DNA from: Nitratidesulfovibrio vulgaris str. Hildenborough
GTDB lineage: Bacteria; Desulfobacterota; Desulfovibrionia; Desulfovibrionales; Desulfovibrionaceae
Reading direction: 5' to 3'
Length of the DNA stretch: 32,000 nucleotides
Assembly: GCF_000195755.1 (NCBI RefSeq)
Contig: NC_002937.3
Location: 2,640,001 to 2,672,000, forward strand
Numbering within the stretch: the stretch's first letter is position 1; each line of letters opens with the position of its first letter. Of this stretch, positions 9,245 to 16,905 are shown piece after piece. The position numbers and the translations under genes are program-made. The notes under the pieces are model-generated. The model was not told the DNA's origin, ran no database searches, and worked only from the letters and a program-made list of their open reading frames with translations.

Positions 9245-11179
9245 TTAGGAGAAGCTATAGCTCATCCCTCCACGTTTAAACGGTTCCTGGCAGTCCGATT
9301 CGAGCAGCGACACGACCTCGTCGAGACTCTTGAGACCAAGGTTCTCGCCCGTACGCAACCGTACGTTGACGCCCCCCGCCTCGACCTCCTTGTCTCCCAC
9401 GACAAGGATGTACGGTATCTTCTCAAGCTGGGCTTCACGGACCTTGTAGCCCAGCTTCTCGTTGCGCACATCGGCTTCGACGCGGATACCGGCTTTTGCG
9501 AGTGCGGCGCGAGCCGACTCGACAAACTCGTTCTGCGCGTCCGTCACGGTGAGCAGACGTGCCTGAACCGGAGCCAGCCACGCAGGAAAGGCCCCGGCAT
9601 ACTGCTCTATGAGCACACCGATGAAGCGCTCCAGCGAGCCGAGTATGGCCCGGTGTACCATAACCGGGCGATGCCGCTCGCCATCCTGACCGACATACAC
9701 CAGGTCGAAACGCTCAGGCAAGGTGAAATCGCACTGGATGGTGGAGCACTGCCATTCGCGGCCGATGCAGTCCATGAGCCGCACGTCGATCTTGGGGCCG
9801 TAGAAGGCACCGTCGCCCTCGTTGATGGTATACGGAATCCCCGCGCGCTCGACGGCTTTCACCAGAGCGTTGGTCGCCAGTTCCCACGCCTCGTCAGAGC
9901 CGATGGACTTCTCGGGGCGGGTGGAGACGGCGACCTTGTAGTCGAAGCCGAACAGATTCATAAGGTCGCGCACGAGCGCGATGACATCAATGATTTCATC
10001 TTCAAGCTGGTCGGGGCGGCAGATGATGTGTGCATCGTCCTGCGTGAACTGGCGTACTCGCAGAAGCCCGTGCAACACGCCCGACTTCTCGTGACGGTGC
10101 ACGACGCCGAGCTCGAAGAAACGCTTCGGAAGGTCACGGTAACTGCGGATGGCACTACGATAGATGAGCATGTGCGCGAGGCAGTTCATGGGCTTCACGC
10201 CATAGGCGTTCTCGTCTATCTCGGTGAAGTACATGTTCTCGCGGTAGTTGTCGTAGTGGCCCGACTTCTCCCACAGTTCACGGCGCAGCAGCTGCGGCCC
10301 CTGCACGATGTCGTAGCGGCGCTTGAGGTGTTCCTTGCGCAGGAAGTCCTCGATGATGGTGCGCACCAGCATCCCCTTCGGATGCCAGAAGACCATACCG
10401 GGGGCCACGTCCTCGTGGAAGGCGAAAAGGTCGAGTTGCTGCCCCAGCTTGCGGTGGTCGCGGCGCTTGGCCTCTTCGATGCGGTGCAGATGCTCCTTGA
10501 GCGTCTTGGCATCGGCGAAGGCCGTGCCATAGATGCGCGAGAGCATGGGGTTCTTCTCGTCACCGCGCCAGTAGGCACCCGCCACGGACATGAGCTTGAA
10601 CGCCTTGGCGAACCCGGCATGAGGGATGTGCGGGCCGCGGCACAGGTCGACGAACTCGCCGCACCGGTACAGCGACACCGTGTCGTTGGGCAGGTCGCGG
10701 ATGATCTCCACCTTGTAGGTCTCGCCCATGCCCTCGAACAGGGCGACGGCCTCGTCACGGGGCATCTCGCTCCGTTCGAAGGGCGTGGCGGCGTCGACGA
10801 TCTTCTGCATCTCGCGTTCGATGGCCTCGAAGTCTTCGGGGCTGAAGGGACGCTCGGCGTCGAAGTCGTAATAGAAGCCGTTGTCGATGGAGGGACCGAT
10901 GGTCACCTTGGCGGCGGGGAAGAGACGCTTCACCGCACATGCCATGATGTGCGCCGTCGAATGGCGGATGAGGTCGAGACCTTCGGGAGAGTCGGCGTAG
11001 ACCGGCTCGATGGTGGTCGTTCCGTCGGGGACGGTGGCGGTGATGTCCACGAGGCCGCCGTCGAGGCGACAGGCAAGCACGTTCTTGAACTTCTTCCCGC
11101 TGAGGGCACCCTTGAGGGCGTCACCACAGGAAGCGCCCGATGCCACTTCGAGCATCTGCCCTTCTATGGACACGTTCAC
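9245..11179 (-). CDS. thrS: threonine--tRNA ligase
   Basis: 644 aa. It uses a GTG start at 11179 with AGGAGAG 7 nt upstream. It has a TGS-like N-terminus, a class II core ([31 protein letters not shown]) and a C-terminal anticodon-binding domain ([13 protein letters not shown]). Confidence 0.95.
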   Translation of the reverse strand: MNVSIEGQMLEVASGASCGDALKGALSGKKFKNVLACRLDGGLVDITATVPDGTTTIEPVYADSPEGLDLIRHSTAHIMACAVKRLFPAAKVTIGPSIDNGFYYDFDAERPFSPEDFEAIEREMQKIVDAATPFERSEMPRDEAVALFEGMGETYKVEIIRDLPNDTVSLYRCGEFVDLCRGPHIPHAGFAKAFKLMSVAGAYWRGDEKNPMLSRIYGTAFADAKTLKEHLHRIEEAKRRDHRKLGQQLDLFAFHEDVAPGMVFWHPKGMLVRTIIEDFLRKEHLKRRYDIVQGPQLLRRELWEKSGHYDNYRENMYFTEIDENAYGVKPMNCLAHMLIYRSAIRSYRDLPKRFFELGVVHRHEKSGVLHGLLRVRQFTQDDAHIICRPDQLEDEIIDVIALVRDLMNLFGFDYKVAVSTRPEKSIGSDEAWELATNALVKAVERAGIPYTINEGDGAFYGPKIDVRLMDCIGREWQCSTIQCDFTLPERFDLVYVGQDGERHRPVMVHRAILGSLERFIGVLIEQYAGAFPAWLAPVQARLLTVTDAQNEFVESARAALAKAGIRVEADVRNEKLGYKVREAQLEKIPYILVVGDKEVEAGGVNVRLRTGENLGLKSLDEVVSLLESDCQEPFKRGGMSYSFS

Positions 11180-11220
11180 GCCACACTCTCCTGATATTCG
11201 GTGTTAGGCATTGTATACGA

Positions 11221-11249
11221 TAAAAAGAAAGGGAGGTGTTCCTCCCTTT
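11221..11249 (-). terminator. rho-independent terminator downstream of tRNA-Val
   Basis: On the minus strand, a 9-bp perfect stem AAAGGGAGG-AACA-CCTCCCTTT (11228-11249) is followed directly by CTTTTTAT (A-run 11222-11226 on the plus strand). Confidence 0.65.
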
Positions 11250-11264
11250 CCTTATCTTGCGGTG

Positions 11265-11339
11265 TGGTAGGCACGAGCAGATTTGAACTGCTGACCCCTT
11301 CCGTGTCAAGGAAGTGCTCTCCCCCTGAGCTACGCGCCT
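11265..11339 (-). tRNA. tRNA-Val (anticodon GAC), CCA encoded
   Basis: I folded the minus-strand 75-mer by hand: AGGCGCG-UA-GCUC-AGGGGGA-GAGC-A-CUUCC-UUGACAC-GGAAG-GGGUC-AGCAG-UUCAAAU-CUGCU-CGUGCCU-A-CCA. It has a 7-bp acceptor stem (one G-U), a 4-bp D stem, a 5-bp anticodon stem with loop UUGACAC, and a T arm with a UUCAAAU loop. Confidence 0.93.
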
Positions 11340-11360
11340 ACACCGTCGAGGCAGGAGTGG

Positions 11361-11389
11361 GTTCTATGTGGGAACGCCCTCTTCGTCAA
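11361..11389 (-). promoter_or_regulatory. sigma70-type promoter for tRNA-Val with an A/T-rich UP-like tract
   Basis: On the minus strand: TTGACG (11384-11389), a 17-nt spacer, then TAGAAC (11361-11366). This puts a start about 15 nt before the mature tRNA 5' end. The tract upstream (11391-11425) is unusually A/T-rich (AAAAAAATGCGATGTTCTTAAAAAATCG), as in stable-RNA promoters. Confidence 0.4.
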
Positions 11390-11491
11390 GCGATTTTTTA
11401 AGAACATCGCATTTTTTTCTGCAAGCCCTTCCCGGCGTATTGGCGCTGTAGGGCCGGACGGGTCTGTCCCTGTCCGCACCGTACAACCGGC

Positions 11492-12634
11492 CTATCGCCC
11501 CAGCATCTCCAGATACGCCTCGATGCGCACCTTCAGCTGTTCGGCGTCCGACTCAGAGTAGTCCGTCTCGATGTGCAGCACAGGCAGGTCGAAGGTCTCG
11601 CGGAAGAACGACCGCACCTTGTGCGCCTCTACGTTGTAGGTGTGGCATGCCTGCCATGTGAGGTCGACCACCCCGTCCACGGCGAAATCGCGGGCGATGT
11701 CCGCAAGCATGGTGAAACGGCCCGTGTTGGGCGTCATGACGGAACAGGGGGTGGCGAGGTAGCGACGCGCAAGTTCAGTCAGAGGGTCACCCTGTTCGTC
11801 GACCATGAGCGTCTTCTTGTACCCGGTGCAATTCTCCATGCACACCACATCGGCACCGCACTCCTCGATGAGCCTGACGACCTTGTGCGACCCCATGCCC
11901 ACAGGCACGCCCGTGAGCAGGATGCGCGGAACGCGCGGTCTTTCGGGCAGCGCACCGGCGTCGGCAGCCGCGTGCACCTCTGCCACCACATCTTCGGCCA
12001 GCCTGATGATGGTCTCACGGTCGCTGAAGAAGCCAAGCTTGAAGAGCATCTCCAGCATGGTCATGCCACTCACGGGCGACGGGTTCAGGCGTGGCAGGTC
12101 CATGAGCGCCTTGAGTGCGCGACGTTCGCGGTTCATGGTGGCGATGGCACCCCGGAGGTCGTCATCGGTCACTGTCACGCCGAAGTCGGCCTCCATGCGC
12201 CGCACGAGGGCCTCCAGTTCATCACGCCAGTAGTCCAGCGCCCTCGGCCCCTGTTCGTGCGGCAGTTGCAGCATGTGCACGGGCTTCATCTCGCCGAGGA
12301 GTTCGAACATCTTCTTCTTGCCGTCGCAGGTGGTGTCCGCCACCACGAGGTCTGCCGCGCCGAGGTACGGGCACGAACCCTCCACGGCGAAACCGAAACT
12401 GCTCTTGATGAGCGGGCACAGGTTGCGCGGCAGGGTGCGTTCCGCTGCGGCGATGGGGTCCTGCCGCGTGCCGCACAGCACGACGGGTATGGCACCGGCC
12501 GCGATGGCAATCTCCGCCGGGGAATAGAGACAGTAAAGTCCGACGACCTTGCGCCCCGCCGCCTTCGCCTCGTTGATGGCGAGGGCGTTGCGTTCTGCCG
12601 CGTCCTTCAGTCGATCGATGCTCGCAAAGCTCAT
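11492..12634 (-). CDS. 2-hydroxyacyl-CoA dehydratase D-component family protein (HgdB/BcrC/YjiM-like; double-cubane-cluster-protein-like single subunit)
   Basis: ORF 11492..12820 trimmed to the ATG at 12634 (MSFASIDRLKDAAERNALAINEAKAAGRKVVGLYCLYSPAEIAIAAGAIPV...). It is Cys-rich with family-typical spacing (LCGTR, NLCPLIKS, GSCPYL, DTTCDGKKK, CMENCTGY, TPCS, WQACHTY). It starts 7 nt after the stop of the upstream activator gene. Confidence 0.82.
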   Translation of the reverse strand: MSFASIDRLKDAAERNALAINEAKAAGRKVVGLYCLYSPAEIAIAAGAIPVVLCGTRQDPIAAAERTLPRNLCPLIKSSFGFAVEGSCPYLGAADLVVADTTCDGKKKMFELLGEMKPVHMLQLPHEQGPRALDYWRDELEALVRRMEADFGVTVTDDDLRGAIATMNRERRALKALMDLPRLNPSPVSGMTMLEMLFKLGFFSDRETIIRLAEDVVAEVHAAADAGALPERPRVPRILLTGVPVGMGSHKVVRLIEECGADVVCMENCTGYKKTLMVDEQGDPLTELARRYLATPCSVMTPNTGRFTMLADIARDFAVDGVVDLTWQACHTYNVEAHKVRSFFRETFDLPVLHIETDYSESDAEQLKVRIEAYLEMLGR

Positions 12635-12641
12635 GCCTGAA

Positions 12642-13451
12642 TCACCTCGTAGCTTCGGGTGAAGCCACCGCACCGCGTCGCGCGGTGTCGGCGGCGATGA
12701 GGGCCGCACCAAGGGCACCTGCCGCTTGCGGCAGGTCGGGCACGACCATGACCACATCCAGAACCTCACTGAAAAGTCTCGCGAAGGCGGGGTTGGTGGC
12801 GAGTCCGCCCGTGAACACACACGGGGCCGCCAGCGGGATGCGCCCTGTCAGGGCCTTGAGTCGCGACGCCACCGACCGTACCACGCCCGCCGCGATATCC
12901 TCCGGCGGCACGCCTTGCGCCAGAAGCCCTATGACCTCCGTCTCGGCGAAGACGGCGCACATGCTGTTGAGGCGCACGCCTTCACCACGCAGGGCGGCAT
13001 CGCCGAGTTCATCAAGGGTCATGCCCAGAACACCGGTCATGACCTGCAGGAAACGTCCTGTACCAGCGGCGCATTTGTCGTTCATGACGAAGTCCCTCAC
13101 CGCCCCGCCCTGCTCGATGGCGATGAGCTTGCTGTCTTGCCCGCCCACATCGAGCACCGTGGACGCACCGGGGACGAGATGGGCCGCCCCGCGCGCATGG
13201 CAGGTTATCTCCGTCACCTTACGGTCGATGGAAGGCAGGCTGATACGCCCGTAGCCCGTCCCGACCACAAGGCAAAGGTCGTCACGGACAGCCCCCGATG
13301 CGTCAAGGGCGGCGCACAGGGCCCCCTCACCCGCTTCACGGGGGTTCCATCCGGTGGGCAACACGCCAACCCCAAGCACCACACGTTGCGCAGCGTCGTA
13401 GACGACGGATTTCGCCGCCGCCGACCCCACGTCGATTCCGGCTACGAGCAT
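12642..13451 (-). CDS. BcrAD/BadFG-family ATPase (2-hydroxyacyl-CoA dehydratase activator / 'archerase', HgdC/YjiL-like)
   Basis: ORF 12642..13550 trimmed to the ATG at 13451 (MLVAGIDVGSAAAKSVVYD...). It has an ASKHA-fold phosphate-1 motif GIDVGS, then DVGGQDSK, and the cluster-ligand context NDKCAAGTGRFL and NSMCAVFAETEVI. Confidence 0.88.
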   Translation of the reverse strand: MLVAGIDVGSAAAKSVVYDAAQRVVLGVGVLPTGWNPREAGEGALCAALDASGAVRDDLCLVVGTGYGRISLPSIDRKVTEITCHARGAAHLVPGASTVLDVGGQDSKLIAIEQGGAVRDFVMNDKCAAGTGRFLQVMTGVLGMTLDELGDAALRGEGVRLNSMCAVFAETEVIGLLAQGVPPEDIAAGVVRSVASRLKALTGRIPLAAPCVFTGGLATNPAFARLFSEVLDVVMVVPDLPQAAGALGAALIAADTARRGAVASPEATR

Positions 13452-13767
13452 GACGTTCCTCTTCGCCCTTCTCCGGGCAGCATGTTCAATGAAGAAAGAC
13501 CCGGCATGCGACCTTCGTGTGCATGGCCGCACGTGCCCCTGCGGGCGCACTGCGCGCGGTGCATGCCTACGGACGCGAGTCGCATCCCGCCATATGTAGG
13601 GTAGTTAGAGCACAGGTGGACGCCCCGACGAAAATCGAAACATCCGATGGATCAAGGCTGGTTCCATAGGCCGGGGCCGCACAGGAGACATGAAAGGGGC
13701 AGATGGCCGAAACCTATCAATGACCTGCACAGGCTGACGCGGTACGATGAAGAACTTTTTCCGGCGA

Positions 13768-13783
13768 TTTGACGCACGTCACA
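13768..13783. promoter_or_regulatory. CRP/FNR-type (HcpR-like) operator upstream of hcp
   Basis: The site is TTTGA-CGCACG-TCACA, a 9/10 match to TGTGA-N6-TCACA. It can also be read as TTGAC-N4-GTCAC (FNR-like). Its centre is 13775.5. A -10-like TAGGTT at 13805-13810 sits exactly where a class II (-41.5) activated promoter would need it. A Crp/Fnr regulator gene lies 6 kb away in the same cluster. Confidence 0.5.
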
Positions 13784-13944
13784 ACACCGTCCCGCAAAGG
13801 TGGCTAGGTTGGCATCACGGAAGGACGACTTCCCACCCAACCCGACCAGCACGGAGCGACATCATGGTCTTCGACCGCATCATCAGCTTTTTCACCGGCA
13901 GGCAAGAGGCACCGGTCAACAACATCCAGCCCAGGGAGGCGCAC

Positions 13945-15564
13945 ATGTCCATGTTCTGCAACCAGTGTGAACAGACCGCCAAAGGAACCGGCTGCACCAC
14001 CATCGGTGTATGCGGCAAGCAGCCTGAAGTCTCGGCGCTTCAGGACCTCACCATCTACGCCTTGCGCGGTCTCTCCCTCGTGGCCCTCGCCGCCCGCGAG
14101 AAGGGCATCATCGATGCCAAGATAGATGAATACACGGCCAAAGCCCTGTTCACCACGCTCACCAACGTGAACTTCGACCCCGCCCGCTTCGACGTGTACG
14201 TTCGCGAAATCGTGGCGCACCGCAAGGCGCTGGCCGCCCGCGCCGGGGTGGACTTCAGTGAGGGTCCCGCCGCATTCGAGCCTGCCTCCACCCTCGACGG
14301 GCTGGTGGCACAGGCTGAAATCGGTTCGGTCACCGCCGGGGCGGAAGATGCCGACATCCGCTCGCTCAAGCAGATTCTGCTCTACGGCATGAAGGGCGTC
14401 GCGGCCTATGTCGACCATGCCGCCATCCTCGGCCAGACCGACGCAGCCGTCTTCGGCTTCCTGCACAAGGGCCTTGCCGCCGGATACGATGGCGTCGCCC
14501 GAGACCTTGGCGCATGGATCGAACTGGCCATGGAATGCGGTCGCGCCAACCTGCGGGCCATGGAACTGCTTGACGCGGGCAACACCACAACCTACGGGCA
14601 CCCCGTTCCCACGCAGGTTCCCCTGGGGCACCGCAAGGGCAAGTGCATCCTCGTCTCGGGACACGACCTCAAGGACCTTTTCGAACTGCTGAAGCAGACC
14701 GAGGGCAAGGGCATCGACATCTACACCCACGGCGAGATGCTGCCCACCCACGCCTACCCCGAACTGAAGAAGTTCCCCCACTTCTACGGTCACTTCGGCA
14801 CGGCATGGCAGAACCAGCACAAGGAATTCCCGGCCTTCCCCGGTGCCATCCTCTTCACCACCAACTGCATCCAGAAGCCGCAGGCGTCCTACGCCGCCAA
14901 TGTCTTCACCACCGGACTCGTGGGCTGGCCCGGACTCGTCCACTGCGAGAACCACGACTTCACGCCGGTCATCAACAAGGCGCTTGAACTGCCCGGTTTC
15001 ACCGACGACGTACCCGGCAAGACCGTCACCGTGGGCTTCGGACGCAACACCGTCATGAGCGTGGCCCCCGCCGTCATCGACGCGGTCAAGTCCGGTGCCA
15101 TCCGCCACTTCTTCCTCGTGGGCGGTTGCGACGGCGCGAAGCCCGGCCGCAACTACTACACCGAATTCGTTGAGAAGACGCCCGCCGACACCGTGGTGCT
15201 GACGCTGGCATGCGGCAAGTTCCGCTTCTTCGACAAGGACCTCGGCACCATCGGCGGCATTCCCCGTCTGCTCGACGTGGGTCAGTGCAACGACGCATAC
15301 TCCGCCATCAAGATCGCATCGGCGCTTGCCGAAGCCTTCAACTGCGGCGTCAACGACCTGCCCCTCTCGCTGGTGCTCTCGTGGTACGAACAGAAGGCCG
15401 TGGCCATCCTGCTCACCCTGCTGGCGATAGGTATCAAGGACATCCGCCTCGGCCCGTCACTGCCCGCCTTCGTGACGCCGAACGTGCTCAAGTTCCTTGT
15501 GGACAACTTCAACATCAAGCCCATATCCACAGCCGACGAAGACCTGAAGGCCATTCTGGGCTAA
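13945..15564 (+). CDS. hcp: hybrid cluster protein (hydroxylamine/NO reductase family)
   Basis: ORF 13747..15564 trimmed to the ATG at 13945 (MSMFCNQCEQTAKGTGCTTIGVCGK...), the hallmark N-terminal Cys cluster of Hcp. GGGAGG lies 5 nt upstream. It is collinear with known Hcp to the end (GHDLKDL..LLKQTEG.GIDIYTHGEMLP, GQCNDAYSA, WYEQKAVAILLTLL). Confidence 0.93.
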   Translation: MSMFCNQCEQTAKGTGCTTIGVCGKQPEVSALQDLTIYALRGLSLVALAAREKGIIDAKIDEYTAKALFTTLTNVNFDPARFDVYVREIVAHRKALAARAGVDFSEGPAAFEPASTLDGLVAQAEIGSVTAGAEDADIRSLKQILLYGMKGVAAYVDHAAILGQTDAAVFGFLHKGLAAGYDGVARDLGAWIELAMECGRANLRAMELLDAGNTTTYGHPVPTQVPLGHRKGKCILVSGHDLKDLFELLKQTEGKGIDIYTHGEMLPTHAYPELKKFPHFYGHFGTAWQNQHKEFPAFPGAILFTTNCIQKPQASYAANVFTTGLVGWPGLVHCENHDFTPVINKALELPGFTDDVPGKTVTVGFGRNTVMSVAPAVIDAVKSGAIRHFFLVGGCDGAKPGRNYYTEFVEKTPADTVVLTLACGKFRFFDKDLGTIGGIPRLLDVGQCNDAYSAIKIASALAEAFNCGVNDLPLSLVLSWYEQKAVAILLTLLAIGIKDIRLGPSLPAFVTPNVLKFLVDNFNIKPISTADEDLKAILG

Positions 15565-15622
15565 GGCGACCCGACGAATGCAAGACGGGGGGCGTACACC
15601 GCCCCCCTTCACGGAGTATCTC

Positions 15623-16438
15623 ATGAAGACCATGCGCAAGATCCTCGAAATCGACGAAGAACGCTGTAACGGCTGCGGACTGTGCGTCCTCGATTGCGCC
15701 GAAGGCGCCATAGCCATCGTGGATGGCAAGGCGAAGATCGTTTCCGACTCGTTCTGTGACGGGCTTGGGGCGTGCATCGGAAGCTGCCCGCAAGACGCCC
15801 TGCACATCATCGAACGCGAAGCCGTCCCCTTCGACGAAGAGGCTGCCATGGAGCATGTCCGCAGCCAGGGTGGCACTCCGGAGGCCAACCACGGCCATGG
15901 ACACGGGGCCGGCACGCCGCATCGTCATGGACAGAGTGCGGAGCACGGAGGGCATGGTCGCATACCCGGACATGGCGGGTGCCCCGGCGCGGCCATGCGC
16001 CGTTTCGACAGTGCCGAATCGCCCGCCTTCGCCGTTGCGGAAGGCACCGTGAAGGGACCGGGACACTGGCCGCTGAAGATACGGCTCGTCCCCCCCACCG
16101 CGCCTTTCCTCAAGGGGGCTGACGTTCTGGTGGCAGCAGACTGTGCGGCTGCCGCATCCCCCATCTTCCACAGCCATTTCGCGGCAGGCAAGGTGGTGCT
16201 CATCGGCTGCCCCAAGTTCGACGACACCGAAGCCTACGCCGAACGCCTCGCCGACATCCTGCGGGTGAGCGGCATCGCCTCACTGACGGTCCTGCGCATG
16301 GAAGTACCCTGCTGCCGCGGCCTTTCCGCCGCAGCCGAGAAGGCGCGCGTCCTTTCGGGTACGTCCCTCGTCCTGAAGGAAGTGATCATGACCTGTGCAG
16401 GCGGCCCAGCGGCCCCCGCCCCCCTCTCGTCCCTCTAG
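15623..16438 (+). CDS. ferredoxin-like 4Fe-4S protein co-transcribed with hcp (FrdX-like), with a His/Gly-rich insert
   Basis: ORF 15578..16438 trimmed to the ATG at 15623, with ACGGAG 6 nt upstream. It has CNGCGLCVLDC and CDGLGACIGSCP cluster motifs, an HGHGHGAGTPHRHGQSAEHGGHGRIPGHGG tract, and a Cys-containing C-terminal domain (LIGCPKFDD, EVPCCRG). It starts 58 nt after hcp. Confidence 0.85.
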   Translation: MKTMRKILEIDEERCNGCGLCVLDCAEGAIAIVDGKAKIVSDSFCDGLGACIGSCPQDALHIIEREAVPFDEEAAMEHVRSQGGTPEANHGHGHGAGTPHRHGQSAEHGGHGRIPGHGGCPGAAMRRFDSAESPAFAVAEGTVKGPGHWPLKIRLVPPTAPFLKGADVLVAADCAAAASPIFHSHFAAGKVVLIGCPKFDDTEAYAERLADILRVSGIASLTVLRMEVPCCRGLSAAAEKARVLSGTSLVLKEVIMTCAGGPAAPAPLSSL

Positions 16439-16518
16439 TCCGACGGGGCTACACCGGAATGCACGGGGTGCGTACCCGACGAGGGACAGCGCGTACCCGA
16501 CGCGATACGAACGCGAAA

Positions 16519-16559
16519 CGGAACCCCCCAGGCGCCTGAAGGCCGTCCGGGGGGTTCCG
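16519..16559 (+). terminator. long-loop inverted repeat downstream of the hcp operon (possible terminator)
   Basis: An 11-bp perfect stem cggaacccccc (16519-16529) pairs with ggggggttccg (16549-16559) around a 19-nt loop. No U-tract follows, so intrinsic termination is uncertain. Confidence 0.35.
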
Positions 16560-16784
16560 CGTCATCGGCGTCCGGTCGCCTTGCGGGTATGCCGGGCGCA
16601 GTGCGGGATGACTGGTCAGGTGTCATGATGGACTGGTGCGGAGGGAGGAGCACCGACTCCGCTCACAGCCGGACAGGCGTGACCCGAACAGGCGTCCCCA
16701 CCTCCCGCCCCCCCGTCCCGGCCACGCATCGCCACACTTCGCCAGATGCATGTGGATGGAACATATCGCCGACACAAGCGTTGC

Positions 16785-16813
16785 GTGACAAGGCCCCGGA
16801 TGTCGCCTATACA
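16785..16813 (+). promoter_or_regulatory. candidate sigma70 promoter for the adh-kinase pair
   Basis: GTGACA (16785-16790), a 17-nt spacer, then TATACA (16808-16813), about 90 nt upstream of the adh ATG. This is a pattern match only. Confidence 0.3.
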
Positions 16814-16905
16814 GAAAAGAGGCCTTGTACGTTTGCCGCGATTGCACAATCGTCACGATGCGGCAGACAAGAGTGGAGGGGATACCGTCTTTCCGGGGGA
16901 CCACC

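Noticed and set aside
13681-13735. A mini-ORF, ATGAAAGGGGCAGATGGCCGAAACCTATCAATGACCTGCACAGGCTGA (15 codons), in the hcp upstream region as a possible leader peptide.
   Set aside because: The AGGAGA sits only about 2 nt from the ATG, which is too close. The peptide has no regulatory-codon bias, and it lies upstream of the predicted hcp transcription start.
13747-13944. Upstream in-frame extensions of real genes offered by the ORF track. Examples are the hcp start at 13747, or at ATG 13864 which has a GGAG SD. Others are pheT 6593, rpe 3789, dehydratase-like 12820, activator 13550, gltX 25170, birA 30097, bioB 29535, frdX-like 15578, adh 16825 and kinase 17972.
   Set aside because: In every case the conserved N-terminus of the family begins at an internal ATG that has its own SD. 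The extra residues are Arg/Pro-rich and unlike the family. The ATG at 13864 for hcp is the only one with a plausible SD. Even so, Hcp proteins begin at the MxFCxQC cluster, so 13945 is preferred.
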